Below, piece by piece: positions 1-8,793 of a stretch of DNA of 48,502 nt. The notes under the pieces were generated by a model. It worked only from the letters and a program-made list of their open reading frames with translations. It did not search any database and was not told the DNA's origin. Both the position numbers and the translations under genes were made by a program. Source of the DNA: a virus (Duplodnaviria; Caudoviricetes). The stretch covers positions 1 through 48,502 of the IMG/VR virus record IMGVR_UViG_3300033145_000424; one strand, written 5' to 3'. Numbering within the stretch: the first letter of the stretch is position 1; each line of letters begins with the position of its first letter.

Positions 1-25
1 CCCTGTTGCCTTCTTTGGTATTGCC
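1..25 (+). repeat. Terminal direct repeat copy 1 (assembly circularisation overlap)
   Basis: CCCTGTTGCCTTCTTTGGTATTGCC is identical to 48478-48502. Confidence 0.95.
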
Positions 26-271
26 TTCTCTGCTTCTAAGAATTGGGATTCCATATAAGAGCTTGCACAGACATCTCTCGTACAGTGTCCCTGAACCTGT
101 GTGCTTGCCTATCTGTGGATACCACACATGTGAAAGCCTATTCTGTTTATCCCTTCTTTTTTCTGATACCTCTTCAATCCTTACGCAATACTTACCATCT
201 GGCAGTATCTGCTTGATTGTCTCAATTGCATGGTCTTGCTGCTCTACGCCGACTAATATAATTTCAGTCAT
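1..271 (-). CDS. NinB/YbcN-like recombination protein, 5' part (continues at 48477-48275; 157 aa total)
   Basis: Manual translation MTEIILVGVEQQ...KRRDKQNRLSHVWYPQIGKH...CKLLYGIPILR; ATGA overlap with upstream ORF; not in ORF track. Confidence 0.6.
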   Translation of the reverse strand, partial: MTEIILVGVEQQDHAIETIKQILPDGKYCVRIEEVSEKRRDKQNRLSHVWYPQIGKHTGSGTLYERCLCKLLYGIPILRSREGNTKEGNR

Positions 272-546
272 GCGACCACCAATATCCCATCCCGGAACGC
301 TCTTTCCTGGGTTTCCATAAGCCATTTTGCTTGTGGCCAGCTGTCTGGATCGTCATGCACCTCGTCGTGAGTTTCACGGCACAGAGGAACAGCGTGTATA
401 TCCGCCGCTTTCCCGCCTGTCTTGCCCATACCTATTGCTATAACGTGATGAGGCTCTGCTGGCAATCCTGTATGGCAACAGGGCTGCTCTCTCACCCAGG
501 CTAGATATTTTTTAGACTTAAGATGGTTAGACATTTTGTTGCCCAT
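268..546 (-). CDS. DUF968-like putative HNH-type nuclease
   Basis: KYLAWVREQPCC...EPHH...VPLCRETHDEVH motif. Confidence 0.7.
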   Translation of the reverse strand: MGNKMSNHLKSKKYLAWVREQPCCHTGLPAEPHHVIAIGMGKTGGKAADIHAVPLCRETHDEVHDDPDSWPQAKWLMETQERAFRDGILVVA

Positions 547-1108
547 CTAATGCAAGTATTTCATTCTCTTGCTCTTGCTTTAGAGTGAATTGAGATTTCA
601 ACTTTTTCAGCAACCCCGCAGCTGTAGTCTTATTCTCTTCATCTTGAATCGCCAGCTTCCATGATTCTTTGTTTTTCGCAAAATCTGCTTCAGAATATTC
701 GGGAAGAGAAATTATTAATGGATCAATTGTATAAATAATAACCTTATGCTTAGAAGATCTAAGCGGGACTTCTTGGGTTTCTGTGATTCCTGTTGAATGA
801 GAAACCCTTATTCCTCCTGCCTTGGCTCCAGCCCAAAGAACGTCAGGATCACAATATAGTGTGAGACTATGCCCGATCCATTTCTTTGATGAGTTTCCGT
901 ATAGGTATGCCAGCAGCCTGCGCATTGATTTACACGGTTTGTAAGGTTGTCTGTTGCCGTCTATCCGTATAGATACTGGCTGATCAGATGTGGGGGATAC
1001 TTTTACGTCTAAAATCTTAACGGTAATTGCACCTCCGATTAAATCAGCTGCGTTTAATTGGTCGCTTTTGGCGATTAATGTTACTGAAATATCGTCTTCA
1101 TTATCCAT
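527..1108 (-). CDS. Conserved phage protein, probable ssDNA-annealing partner of the exonuclease
   Basis: KSDQLNAADL...PCKSMRR motif; coupled to the YqaJ gene. Confidence 0.5.
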   Translation of the reverse strand: MDNEDDISVTLIAKSDQLNAADLIGGAITVKILDVKVSPTSDQPVSIRIDGNRQPYKPCKSMRRLLAYLYGNSSKKWIGHSLTLYCDPDVLWAGAKAGGIRVSHSTGITETQEVPLRSSKHKVIIYTIDPLIISLPEYSEADFAKNKESWKLAIQDEENKTTAAGLLKKLKSQFTLKQEQENEILALDGQQNV

Positions 1109-1818
1109 CAGTATATCTCCGGTTCAACGTTGTTCATTTCATCAATGGCCATTAGCGCTTTGGCACATGTCTTGCGTAGATCATGTGAAACAACCATTCG
1201 CGCTTTCCGTGCTATTTCATCAGCCTCTTGAATTGCCAGATGCGCCGAGTCAGATAGTCTTGCTATAAGCTTATCATCGCGATATGCAGTAGCTATGAAT
1301 AATGGTGCTTCAGTAAACTCAGGGCAAAATGATACAAAATCCCACTTATCAACTCCGAAGATCCACATCCCTCCTTGGCATTGATTCATGTTGTCTTTTG
1401 GCGTTACCCCTTCATGAATTGTGCGCATGTGTTTCTTTATTCCAGGGCATTTGATTTCAAGGCCCCTATCTACCGCAAGCCCCAGGCCGTCAGGCGATGC
1501 CAGAATGCGCTTCATGTCGTCTAAGTACCCAAGGCCTATGTTTCTTGCCTCAGCCCCTGTCTGTGCACTATATGCTTCAAAGGCGTATGGTTCGAGCAGA
1601 GTTCCACGGCGCATATCATAGGTATTCACGCTTTCCGACAGGTTGCCCGTCAATACCTCAGCAGCCAGCTCCAAGACATAGGTCTCTCTTGTCTTGCTAG
1701 GCTTGCCGCTCTGTCCTTTTGTGAGCAAATCATTTGCCCGGCTCATTGAAGCATTCCCCGCCTTGGCATCTTTCCACTCCTGAGATCCCTGCTCTAAATG
1801 CTCTAGTATTATGGTCAT
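1108..1818 (-). CDS. YqaJ/lambda-type exonuclease
   Basis: QGSQEW, GTLLEP, ASPDGL, LEIKCP, Q..GGMW motifs. Confidence 0.9.
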   Translation of the reverse strand: MTIILEHLEQGSQEWKDAKAGNASMSRANDLLTKGQSGKPSKTRETYVLELAAEVLTGNLSESVNTYDMRRGTLLEPYAFEAYSAQTGAEARNIGLGYLDDMKRILASPDGLGLAVDRGLEIKCPGIKKHMRTIHEGVTPKDNMNQCQGGMWIFGVDKWDFVSFCPEFTEAPLFIATAYRDDKLIARLSDSAHLAIQEADEIARKARMVVSHDLRKTCAKALMAIDEMNNVEPEIY

Positions 1819-1830
1819 TGCAACGCCCCG

Positions 1831-1998
1831 TCATTCATGTTTTCCACTCCTGGCTGATCCATTTTTACCAATAGTCACGTATCTAGCGCCTACACCTGGA
1901 ACAGCAATAATCATATAAGTACTGGTTTGAGTTGACTCTGCCACCTCATAACCCATCTTTCTGTATCGAGATATGGCTTGTTTCTGTGTTTCTGCCAT
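1831..1998 (-). CDS. Hypothetical protein
   Basis: ORF; likely start MAETQ after GGAG RBS. Confidence 0.55.
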   Translation of the reverse strand: MAETQKQAISRYRKMGYEVAESTQTSTYMIIAVPGVGARYVTIGKNGSARSGKHE

Positions 1999-1999
1999 T

Positions 2000-2296
2000 T
2001 CATTTACTCCCGGTAATAGCTTTATCATCGTCTATGTGAGGCACCAGACCCCAATGTGAATACTCGCCAATCCCCTGCATCACGCGGCGGCCTGCAAGTG
2101 TCAGCCCATTATCGTCTGTTATCCATTGAAGCTGCATTGCAAAACATCCATCCCATTTTGACGCAAGTTCAGCAACCTCATTAAAGAACACAGCCTGCTG
2201 ATCTGCTCCCATTCCGGCAAATAAAGCAGCAACTATTTCTGGAGTGACTTGCTTTATTTCATCGCCAACTATAATTTTTCCATCTTTAAATTCCAT
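2000..2296 (-). CDS. Hypothetical protein
   Basis: ORF with GGAG RBS in the leftward operon. Confidence 0.65.
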   Translation of the reverse strand: MEFKDGKIIVGDEIKQVTPEIVAALFAGMGADQQAVFFNEVAELASKWDGCFAMQLQWITDDNGLTLAGRRVMQGIGEYSHWGLVPHIDDDKAITGSK

Positions 2297-2331
2297 GTTC
2301 TACTCCCGGTATAGTGCTGGGTGGTTATGGG

Positions 2332-2562
2332 TTATTTCTTATTGGATTCAATTAACGCCTCTTGGATCAATAAGGCCTTATCATGAGGATAAAAGGCACC
2401 CCTAATATTGTACTCGCCATCCTCTTTAACTAATCCAATCTGACAAAAAACAACACCTCTCTCCCCCTTCTTATCAGCCTCTTCAACAGCCTTCTGGGCT
2501 GATTCAAATGCCTGGTCAAGCTCTGGTGTTCGTGGCAGTCTTAGTTGAAATGATGTACCCAT
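2332..2562 (-). CDS. Hypothetical protein
   Basis: ORF with GGAG RBS. Confidence 0.65.
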   Translation of the reverse strand: MGTSFQLRLPRTPELDQAFESAQKAVEEADKKGERGVVFCQIGLVKEDGEYNIRGAFYPHDKALLIQEALIESNKK

Positions 2563-2852
2563 TGTCTCTCTCCAGTTTATTTAGTTGATAGCTGTCACTT
2601 CAGATAATTGTGATATATCTGTTCAATCAAGCACGTACATTGCAAAGCCTTTGTGTCACGGTAGCATTTAATCCTGTGCCTTCAGGTGATAGCTTTTAAT
2701 GTCTGTGCTGACTAGATTTATAGTTTCGCAACCACGTTTGAGTTAGGGTCAAACTTTTGTACTAAACACCATGAATCACATAACCGTGTTTTATAGCCAT
2801 CTGTAAGCCAGCTGGTAATGCAAAGAGTGATGGAAGGATAATTGATAGGCAC

Positions 2853-2996
2853 AAAAAAAGGCCTAAACAACTGTCCTCTGGGTAGGATTCCATATAGCGA
2901 AATAGGATAAAGGATAGAAAACTTGCTATACGAAACCAGAGAACATGTGTTTAGGCCCTGGGTTACCTTTATCCTGTTATGCTTAGCGATTCCTAC
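2853..2996 (-). ncRNA. c4/P4-CI-like antisense RNA module 1 with upstream targets
   Basis: Outer stem GGCCTAAACA/TGTTTAGGCC plus U-tract; internal CCTTTATCCT and TCCTAC are complementary to upstream AGGATAAAGG and GTAGGA (minus strand). Confidence 0.65.
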
Positions 2997-3040
2997 ATCA
3001 CTGCCAATAATCATCGTTCAAGATTCCTGTTCTGTCAACC

Positions 3041-3472
3041 TTAAAATGGAATATCATCATCAAAATCTGCATCAGGTGCTGGTGCAGCTTGCGGTTGATG
3101 GCTGCTTTGTTGGGCATTTTCTGGTGTAGCACCGCCTCTGCTGTCTAGCATCTGCATCTGATCAGCTACTATCTCAGTGGTATAGCGATCTTTACCGTCT
3201 TTATCCTGCCATTTGCGTGTTTGAAGTCTGCCTTCAACGTAGATCTTTGAGCCTTTTTTACAGTACTCGCCAACAATCTCACCCAGGCGACGAAAGAAAA
3301 CCACGCGATGCCACTCTGTTTTCTCTTGAGTTTCACCTGTATTTTTATCTTTCCATGACTCAGAAGTTGCCAGTGTTACATTAGCCACGGCGTTACCGTT
3401 TGGCATGTAGCGCACATCTGGATCTTGCCCTAAGTTGCCAATAAGAATTACCTTGTTTATGCCTTTTGCCAT
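3041..3472 (-). CDS. ssb: Single-stranded DNA-binding protein
   Basis: [23 protein letters not shown]-terminal DFDDDIPF. Confidence 0.97.
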   Translation of the reverse strand: MAKGINKVILIGNLGQDPDVRYMPNGNAVANVTLATSESWKDKNTGETQEKTEWHRVVFFRRLGEIVGEYCKKGSKIYVEGRLQTRKWQDKDGKDRYTTEIVADQMQMLDSRGGATPENAQQSSHQPQAAPAPDADFDDDIPF

Positions 3473-3475
3473 TGT

Positions 3476-3880
3476 TTATACCTTCTTTGAGTTGGTTTTA
3501 GAGTGAATTGAATCTAGCCTAAGTCTCTGCTGCTCAAGCTTATGTTGCTCTCTCATGTATACGGGGAATTCATCTTTAGCCATAGAGAATGCTAATGCTT
3601 GTGGCACCTTTGCCAGTCTTTTGGCGATGGTTCGATACCCAGTACCAAGCTTTTTTGCAGCCCTGGCTATGGCCTTCGGTGTAGATTCTTTGCCGTTTAT
3701 ATCCAGCACTGGATGGCATTGCTCAAGGTTCACTTTTTCAATTCGCTGCTGCTTAATGGTCTTTTTTTTCAGTTCATCTGGTGAAACTTGAGACCTATAC
3801 CATTCGTTTAATTCACAGCTGAACCAGTATACAAAACCAAAGCGGCCAATTTTATATTGCACTCCATCAATGATGGTCAT
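3476..3880 (-). CDS. Hypothetical protein
   Basis: ORF in leftward operon. Confidence 0.6.
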   Translation of the reverse strand: MTIIDGVQYKIGRFGFVYWFSCELNEWYRSQVSPDELKKKTIKQQRIEKVNLEQCHPVLDINGKESTPKAIARAAKKLGTGYRTIAKRLAKVPQALAFSMAKDEFPVYMREQHKLEQQRLRLDSIHSKTNSKKV

Positions 3881-3993
3881 AGTCGCCGCCTCTTTTCTTT
3901 GTTAATCCAGCCCAAGCCCGCTTCATAAGCTTCCGCACCCATGATCTGGCTTTCTTGTATCTCAGGTCTTTATCGGCGATTCGCATTGTTAAA

Positions 3994-4569
3994 TCATCCC
4001 TTGCTAATCAATGATTGCTGATTTTTCATCATGCGGGCAACTATGGAATGCCGCCTGTCTGACTTTCCATCAGTATGATTAAAGATTTCGTGCATGAGAT
4101 TGACCTCTTTCTCAAAAAATGCATACTTCTCCTCCAATTCCTCCAGCTCAAAAAGGCGGATTTCAGCCGCGTTTTGCAGCTCTTCAATGATTTGTTCAAG
4201 CTTACCTTGATGTGTAGCCTGTACTGTTAACCGCTCCTGCAGGTCGTTTGAATGCTCAGTAAGCGAGGTCACTTTAGATTCAAGCTCTGTAACCAATGGC
4301 TTTAACCGTGCAATTGTTTGCATGTCGGCTGCAATCACCGCATTAAGCTCTAAAATCTCTGTGTCTTTCTGCGCTATCTGCTCTTTCATTGTGGGTTTTT
4401 TAGCCATGGTAATTCTCCTGGTTGGTTTCTTTAGTATCCAGATTTTAAGCAATCCACATTCAGGGCATTTAATCTGCTTATGTGTTTTGCTCTTCTCTAT
4501 TGCCCAGTGGTGCCAGCTTGTATAGCCAGTCGGGCAATCAGTGTGATCTTTGCAAGTTAATTTATTCAT
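3994..4569 (-). CDS. Coiled-coil hypothetical protein (alternative start MAKKPT with its own RBS)
   Basis: Heptad-rich C-terminus; Cys/His N-terminus. Confidence 0.6.
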   Translation of the reverse strand: MNKLTCKDHTDCPTGYTSWHHWAIEKSKTHKQIKCPECGLLKIWILKKPTRRITMAKKPTMKEQIAQKDTEILELNAVIAADMQTIARLKPLVTELESKVTSLTEHSNDLQERLTVQATHQGKLEQIIEELQNAAEIRLFELEELEEKYAFFEKEVNLMHEIFNHTDGKSDRRHSIVARMMKNQQSLISKG

Positions 4570-4589
4570 AATTGTCTATATTTTCTACT

Positions 4590-4612
4590 AACAAAGCCCC
4601 AATTAAGGGGCT
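4590..4612 (-). terminator. Probable intrinsic terminator
   Basis: AGCCCC-TTAATT-GGGGCT hairpin followed by TTGTT on the minus strand. Confidence 0.45.
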
Positions 4613-4700
4613 GAGTCAGGAGCGTTCTACAGTGTGGGTTTAGTTAGAGGTGACATATGCTAAGAACGCACAACCATTGACACCTAATCCTTGTATTCGC

Positions 4701-5063
4701 CTAATTTAGTTGGTCGCTCATCGCTCTACGTGCAGCAGCGATTGGGTTAAGTGTGAAAGCCTTAATGCGTCTTGACCGACTCACGATCTTGCCGCTCACA
4801 AATAGCTCTATCAGCCTTTTGCCTCTCTCTGCACTTGCAGCCTTTTTTGACTTGAAGTGCTCAGGTTTTAGGCTTCTCTTGACCTGCCGAGCTTCCATCT
4901 TCATAGCGTGCCGTAAAATCTGGCGCTCTAATATCTGTGAAACTCTAGGGCTTGGGATAAAGCCTCCTTTATTCACAACTGAATCGATAGTTTTAGAGGT
5001 TAGGGGGAATCTGCCTCTTAGAGTCACCCCTCCTTTTCTGCTGCAAAATGTGCCTTTATTCAT
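4701..5063 (-). CDS. Basic hypothetical protein
   Basis: ORF with AGGAG RBS. Confidence 0.55.
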   Translation of the reverse strand: MNKGTFCSRKGGVTLRGRFPLTSKTIDSVVNKGGFIPSPRVSQILERQILRHAMKMEARQVKRSLKPEHFKSKKAASAERGKRLIELFVSGKIVSRSRRIKAFTLNPIAAARRAMSDQLN

Positions 5064-5310
5064 TACCTTTCTCCTTGGTTTCTGGCTTCTTAGCAGGCAT
5101 CTCAGGCACCTTCTCTGTTTCTAGGTAGGCTATGTACTCTTTAGCCACATTAACACGGCGCGTGACGGCCTGGCGGCTAAGGCCTGATTCTTTTAGGGCT
5201 TCGCCATATTCATCGGCCGGGACTAATGCGGCAAGGGATTTATCAATTGCTTCAGCCTCTGCCTCAGTCTCGCATACGGCTCCATTATCGGCTGTGATTA
5301 CTAATTTCAT
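5056..5310 (-). CDS. Hypothetical protein
   Basis: ORF with AGGAG RBS; ATGA coupling. Confidence 0.65.
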   Translation of the reverse strand: MKLVITADNGAVCETEAEAEAIDKSLAALVPADEYGEALKESGLSRQAVTRRVNVAKEYIAYLETEKVPEMPAKKPETKEKGNE

Positions 5311-5603
5311 TTTCCATTTTCTCCTGTTTGTGCGTCATTAAAACTCAAAGGAATCACTCTCTCTTTTGGTGGCTCAAGAGAAAGAACCGTTAATTCATAT
5401 TTAGTTTCGCCATCATTGATGATCACTCTGGCGCCAAACTCTGTGGCATAAATATCACCAAATGTTAGCTCTTCATCAGTTGAGCTTTTAAATAACTCAA
5501 CTATGTCCATGCTCTTTTTTGCCGTTGCCATCATGCCCATCCTTTGGTTCTCATTTTTTCGGTTGGTGTGACTGAAGCTTAGCAAAGATTGGATTCTAGT
5601 CAA
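5307..5603 (-). CDS. Hypothetical protein (true start probably near 5535)
   Basis: First gene after the leftward promoter; the tracked TTG start overlaps the promoter. Confidence 0.55.
   Translation of the reverse strand: MTRIQSLLSFSHTNRKNENQRMGMMATAKKSMDIVELFKSSTDEELTFGDIYATEFGARVIINDGETKYELTVLSLEPPKERVIPLSFNDAQTGENGK
5576..5603 (-). promoter_or_regulatory. Leftward sigma70-like promoter
   Basis: TTGACT-16 nt-TAAGCT. Confidence 0.6.
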
Positions 5604-5620
5604 GCTTTTTTTAAAATAAG

Positions 5621-5648
5621 TTGACTTTGTTTAGGAATAAGCTAAAGT
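5621..5648 (+). promoter_or_regulatory. Rightward sigma70-like promoter driving the cro-like gene and cassette array A
   Basis: TTGACT-16 nt-TAAAGT. Confidence 0.65.
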
Positions 5649-5669
5649 ACTTAAAACACAGGAGGAAGT

Positions 5670-5867
5670 ATGAATATAGGCAAATCAATAAAACACTATC
5701 TAAACAAGCAAGATAAAATTAGGGCTGAATTAGCTGATTACCTTGGGCTATCTCTCACTTATGTAAGCACTCTATGCAATAGCAAAACTGCAGGTAAGTT
5801 GCATATTGGAGAATTGAGCGCCTTCTTTAACGTCTCAGCATCTGAATTCATTAAGGCCGGAGAATAG
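5670..5867 (+). CDS. Cro/XRE-family HTH regulator
   Basis: RAELADYLGLSLTYVSTL HTH; FFNVSASEF. Confidence 0.8.
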   Translation: MNIGKSIKHYLNKQDKIRAELADYLGLSLTYVSTLCNSKTAGKLHIGELSAFFNVSASEFIKAGE

Positions 5868-5876
5868 GGGAATATA

Positions 5877-6197
5877 ATGAGGCAAAAAAGACAGCTGCAT
5901 AACCTTGTTATGCCTACAGACCTAAAAGACCATCTCGTTGAGATTTTTTACCAGAGAGGCGACCCTGCTTTTACATGCGGCTCAATAGGTCATTGGTGTG
6001 TAGAGAATTTATGTGGTGTTGAAGCACAAATTAACGAAGGCATGGATGATGAAGACAAGACTGCTCTTTTTGAAGACGGCGATGGATCATATCTTTTTAG
6101 CATGAGTTTTGAGCCGCCAGATTACGAGCTAGGCGGTATAGGTGACGGCTATTGGTATTTCGAGAAAGTTAAATACAAGCCTGTGATTGAGGCATAA
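5877..6197 (+). CDS. Cassette hypothetical protein
   Basis: Bounded by GTTATGCCT/AGGCATAAC; stop is the TAA of the core site. Confidence 0.7.
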   Translation: MRQKRQLHNLVMPTDLKDHLVEIFYQRGDPAFTCGSIGHWCVENLCGVEAQINEGMDDEDKTALFEDGDGSYLFSMSFEPPDYELGGIGDGYWYFEKVKYKPVIEA

Positions 6198-6302
6198 CGC
6201 CCAAAATAACTGGGCGCGTGACCAAGTTTAAATAAGAACGCGGTGCTTTATACGCTCCACGTTGATTTTGATTGTTATATTTACCACTGAGGTATATTTG
6301 AA

Positions 6303-6530
6303 ATGACAGAGCCAATGCATGAGGACTACATTGCTGCTGGACTTAGAAATCAAACAGCACAAGAGCAGCAGGAATTTAATTTATTTTGCATGCTAAAGCC
6401 GACAGTTAAGAGAGATGGCAATCAATGGTGTGTGATTTATGGTGAAGATAAGACAGGTATTGCGGGATTTGGTGGCTCACTACACCTTGCAATTATGGAT
6501 TTCAACGCTCAATGGTACAAAGAAATATAA
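6303..6530 (+). CDS. Cassette hypothetical protein
   Basis: Bounded by GTTATATTT/AAATATAAC. Confidence 0.7.
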   Translation: MTEPMHEDYIAAGLRNQTAQEQQEFNLFCMLKPTVKRDGNQWCVIYGEDKTGIAGFGGSLHLAIMDFNAQWYKEI

Positions 6531-6642
6531 CGTTGCAAATAAGGTGGCACACTCGGTGCCAGAATAGAAACGAAAGACTAACCTGCTCAGCTTGATTTGC
6601 TTTGTTAGGCTATTTAGAACACTGGAAACTAGGAATTAAACA

Positions 6643-6969
6643 ATGAGCCATGCAACTGGAAAAGTGAGATTTAATGATGGAACAGTAATGTTCTATGAGT
6701 ATAACGGCACCTGTGATGTTGTGTGCAATTGCCTCTACGACTCTTATAAAGAGATGCATAGCAATTGGCGCGACCAACCCAGCAATGAGTGTACATGCGG
6801 CAACGATGAAGAGGTTGAAATTGCCACTAATTATGCAGATGGATACTACTGGCCAGGAAAAGCTTGCCGCAAATGTAAGGCCATTACGCGTGGACTAGGA
6901 AGCGCAGTAGATGAATACATTTATGACGAAGAAACAGAGGGATTACCTGACTGGTGGGCTGAAGCCTAA
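6643..6969 (+). CDS. Cassette Cys-rich hypothetical protein
   Basis: Bounded by GTTAGGCT/AGCCTAAC; YEYNGT and CxxC motifs. Confidence 0.7.
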   Translation: MSHATGKVRFNDGTVMFYEYNGTCDVVCNCLYDSYKEMHSNWRDQPSNECTCGNDEEVEIATNYADGYYWPGKACRKCKAITRGLGSAVDEYIYDEETEGLPDWWAEA

Positions 6970-7080
6970 CGTTGCAAATGAGATGCACCCCCACAAATGT
7001 ATAGATAACCGCTGCGCTTTGCAGTGTCAGATTAATTGCCGTTGTTATAACGCGCTAACTACAGACTATAGGTAACCGAC

Positions 7081-7803
7081 ATGAAAGACGAATTGATAAA
7101 CTCCATTAGCAAAATGATACCGTGCGGCAACCGATTGGAGTTGCCAAAGGAAGAGCATTTTGCTAACTACGCACAAGTTAAAAAAGCGCTCTTGACCGCA
7201 GGTGGCAAGTATAAGAAATGTGGGTTTGAATTTACTGAAGATGCTGGAGAGGTTCAGGCTCGATTAATTGGCGGCGAAGTAATTAATGACAAAAAGAAAT
7301 ATCAATTTTTCGCCACGCCTCCACAATTAGCAGAGCAACTGGTTGAGCTGGCAGGGATACAAGAAAACCATACATGCTTGGAACCATCCGCAGGACAAGG
7401 CGCTATTTCTGATTTGATGCTAGAAAAAGCTGGGAGCTGTACTGTTGTTGAGCTGATGCCAGAAAACATTAAGGCGCTTACGCGAAAAGGATATGCCCCG
7501 ATTGAGTGCGACTTCTTAGCTGAAACATTAGGCTCGTTCGATAGAATCGTTGCTAACCCACCATTTACAAAAAACCAAGACATTGACCATATTCGGCACA
7601 TGCATTCAATGCTAAAGCCTGGTGGAAAGTTGGTTAGTGTTGCAAGCAAAAGCTGGACGTTTGGCACCCAGAAGAAGCAAGTTGCTTTTAGAGAATGGCT
7701 TGATGAGATTGGGGCCACCGTTACAGATGTGCAAGCAGGTGCTTTTAAAGAGAGCGGGACTAATGTGGCCTCGGTTATCGTAGAAGCTAGCCGTGCGTTA
7801 TAA
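7081..7803 (+). CDS. SAM-dependent (probable N6-adenine DNA) methyltransferase, cassette-borne
   Basis: FFATP, LEPSAGQG (motif I), NPPF (motif IV), FKESGT. Confidence 0.85.
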   Translation: MKDELINSISKMIPCGNRLELPKEEHFANYAQVKKALLTAGGKYKKCGFEFTEDAGEVQARLIGGEVINDKKKYQFFATPPQLAEQLVELAGIQENHTCLEPSAGQGAISDLMLEKAGSCTVVELMPENIKALTRKGYAPIECDFLAETLGSFDRIVANPPFTKNQDIDHIRHMHSMLKPGGKLVSVASKSWTFGTQKKQVAFREWLDEIGATVTDVQAGAFKESGTNVASVIVEASRAL

Positions 7804-7851
7804 TGTTGCATATTCAGCTGACCGCGTGAACAGAAAACAGGACTAGACACC

Positions 7852-8106
7852 ATGAATGAGTTAACTAAAACCGATGAACTTGAAAAGCCCACCACAGCAG
7901 CGGGTCAGGCTGGAATTGCCTTGTTAGGCGACACCCACTACATGTGTGAAATGTGTGGGGAAATTAATGAAAGAGGATGGACAAAAGAAGAGTCACTGGC
8001 TGAGGCAAAATCCAACGGGTTTGACCCAGAGGAAAACCCAGATGATTACGGAATTGTTTGTGACGATTGTTACAAAAAGACTCCGTGGGGAATGGCTGAC
8101 GCCTAA
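7852..8106 (+). CDS. Cassette Zn-finger-like protein starting inside attC
   Basis: CEMC and CDDC; RBS and ATG lie in the attC loop. Confidence 0.6.
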   Translation: MNELTKTDELEKPTTAAGQAGIALLGDTHYMCEMCGEINERGWTKEESLAEAKSNGFDPEENPDDYGIVCDDCYKKTPWGMADA

Positions 8107-8206
8107 CGTTCAAAATCACCCGGCGCACTGGGTGCTTAAATAAAACCGCTAAAGTTGACCCGCTCGGGTGAATTTTGCTTGTTAGGTGTGATCGGAGAGG
8201 TGATAT

Positions 8207-8470
8207 ATGGGCATGAACAAGGCTGACATATTAGCAGACTGTATAAAAGATAGGCTAGGAAACCCTGAAAACGAGGAGGAATACTTAAAGGCGGCTTCCT
8301 GGGTTGATGAGTTGCATGCATTGGCTGACCCTCAAGCTGCCGAATTACGCAACCTTGAGGGGTTATTAACAGAGGCGCGTACCCTGCTGGAAATTTACAG
8401 TAATAACGATGTTCTTGGGTGCGGCGGTGAAGAGATGATTAAACAGATAAATAACCATTTTGACACCTAA
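8207..8470 (+). CDS. Cassette hypothetical protein
   Basis: Bounded by GTTAGGTGT/ACACCTAAC; GGAG/GAGG RBS. Confidence 0.7.
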   Translation: MGMNKADILADCIKDRLGNPENEEEYLKAASWVDELHALADPQAAELRNLEGLLTEARTLLEIYSNNDVLGCGGEEMIKQINNHFDT

Positions 8471-8500
8471 CAGTGATTAGGCAGCTGGGAGCTATATAAC
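8465..8500 (-). other. attI-like site, type 1
   Basis: Minus-strand GTTATATAGCTCCCAGCTGCCTAATCACTGTTAG, 34/34 identical to 45857-45890. Confidence 0.7.
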
Positions 8501-8514
8501 ACTCAGAGGGTGGA

Positions 8515-8727
8515 GTGAAATACAGCTCTCTGAGCAAAACTCTAGGATATTTTATGGCCAAGAAAGTAAACCAATCTGACCCATGGAATATAGGGTATCT
8601 AGTCGCGTCTATGGGGTTTAAGCGTGTGCCGTCTGTTATTCCTATTGGCGCGACTGAAAGTGAGTATAGGGAGCGCTGGTTGGCTGGGTATGATGCATTC
8701 CATGAGCGGGGTGGTAAAGCTCATTGA
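8515..8727 (+). CDS. Hypothetical protein
   Basis: ORF ending WLAGYD; followed by a terminator. Confidence 0.5.
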   Translation: MKYSSLSKTLGYFMAKKVNQSDPWNIGYLVASMGFKRVPSVIPIGATESEYRERWLAGYDAFHERGGKAH

Positions 8728-8742
8728 GATTATAGCATCCAC

Positions 8743-8783
8743 AAAAAAGCCGAGATCACTTGCGTGGTTTCGGCTTTTTCTTT
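8743..8783 (+). terminator. Intrinsic (possibly bidirectional) terminator
   Basis: AAAAAAGCCGAGATCAC-TTGC-GTGGTTTCGGCTTTTT. Confidence 0.7.
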
Positions 8784-8793
8784 ATGCTTATAT

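Larger units (their letters stand above)
5897..8500 (-). mobile_element. Integron-like cassette array A (6 cassettes; attC polarity on - strand, ORFs on +)
   Basis: attC-like hairpins at 6192-6280, 6525-6610, 6964-7050, 7798-7929, 8101-8187; attI-like site at 8465-8500; cassette ends are complementary. Confidence 0.85.

Noticed and set aside
2005-2311. TACTCCCGGTA direct repeat flanking ORF 2000-2296
   Set aside because: Only 11 bp and coincides with the RBS of both genes; too little to call an insertion
2718-3129. ORFs 2718-3014 (-) and 2923-3129 (+)
   Set aside because: They overlap the c4-like RNA and ssb, and lack an RBS and protein-like character; most short antisense ORFs in the track were rejected likewise
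6192-8187. Intergenic hairpins as CRISPR repeats or Rho-independent terminators
   Set aside because: They are divergent, 64-135 bp long, separated by whole genes and lack U-tracts; no cas genes are present
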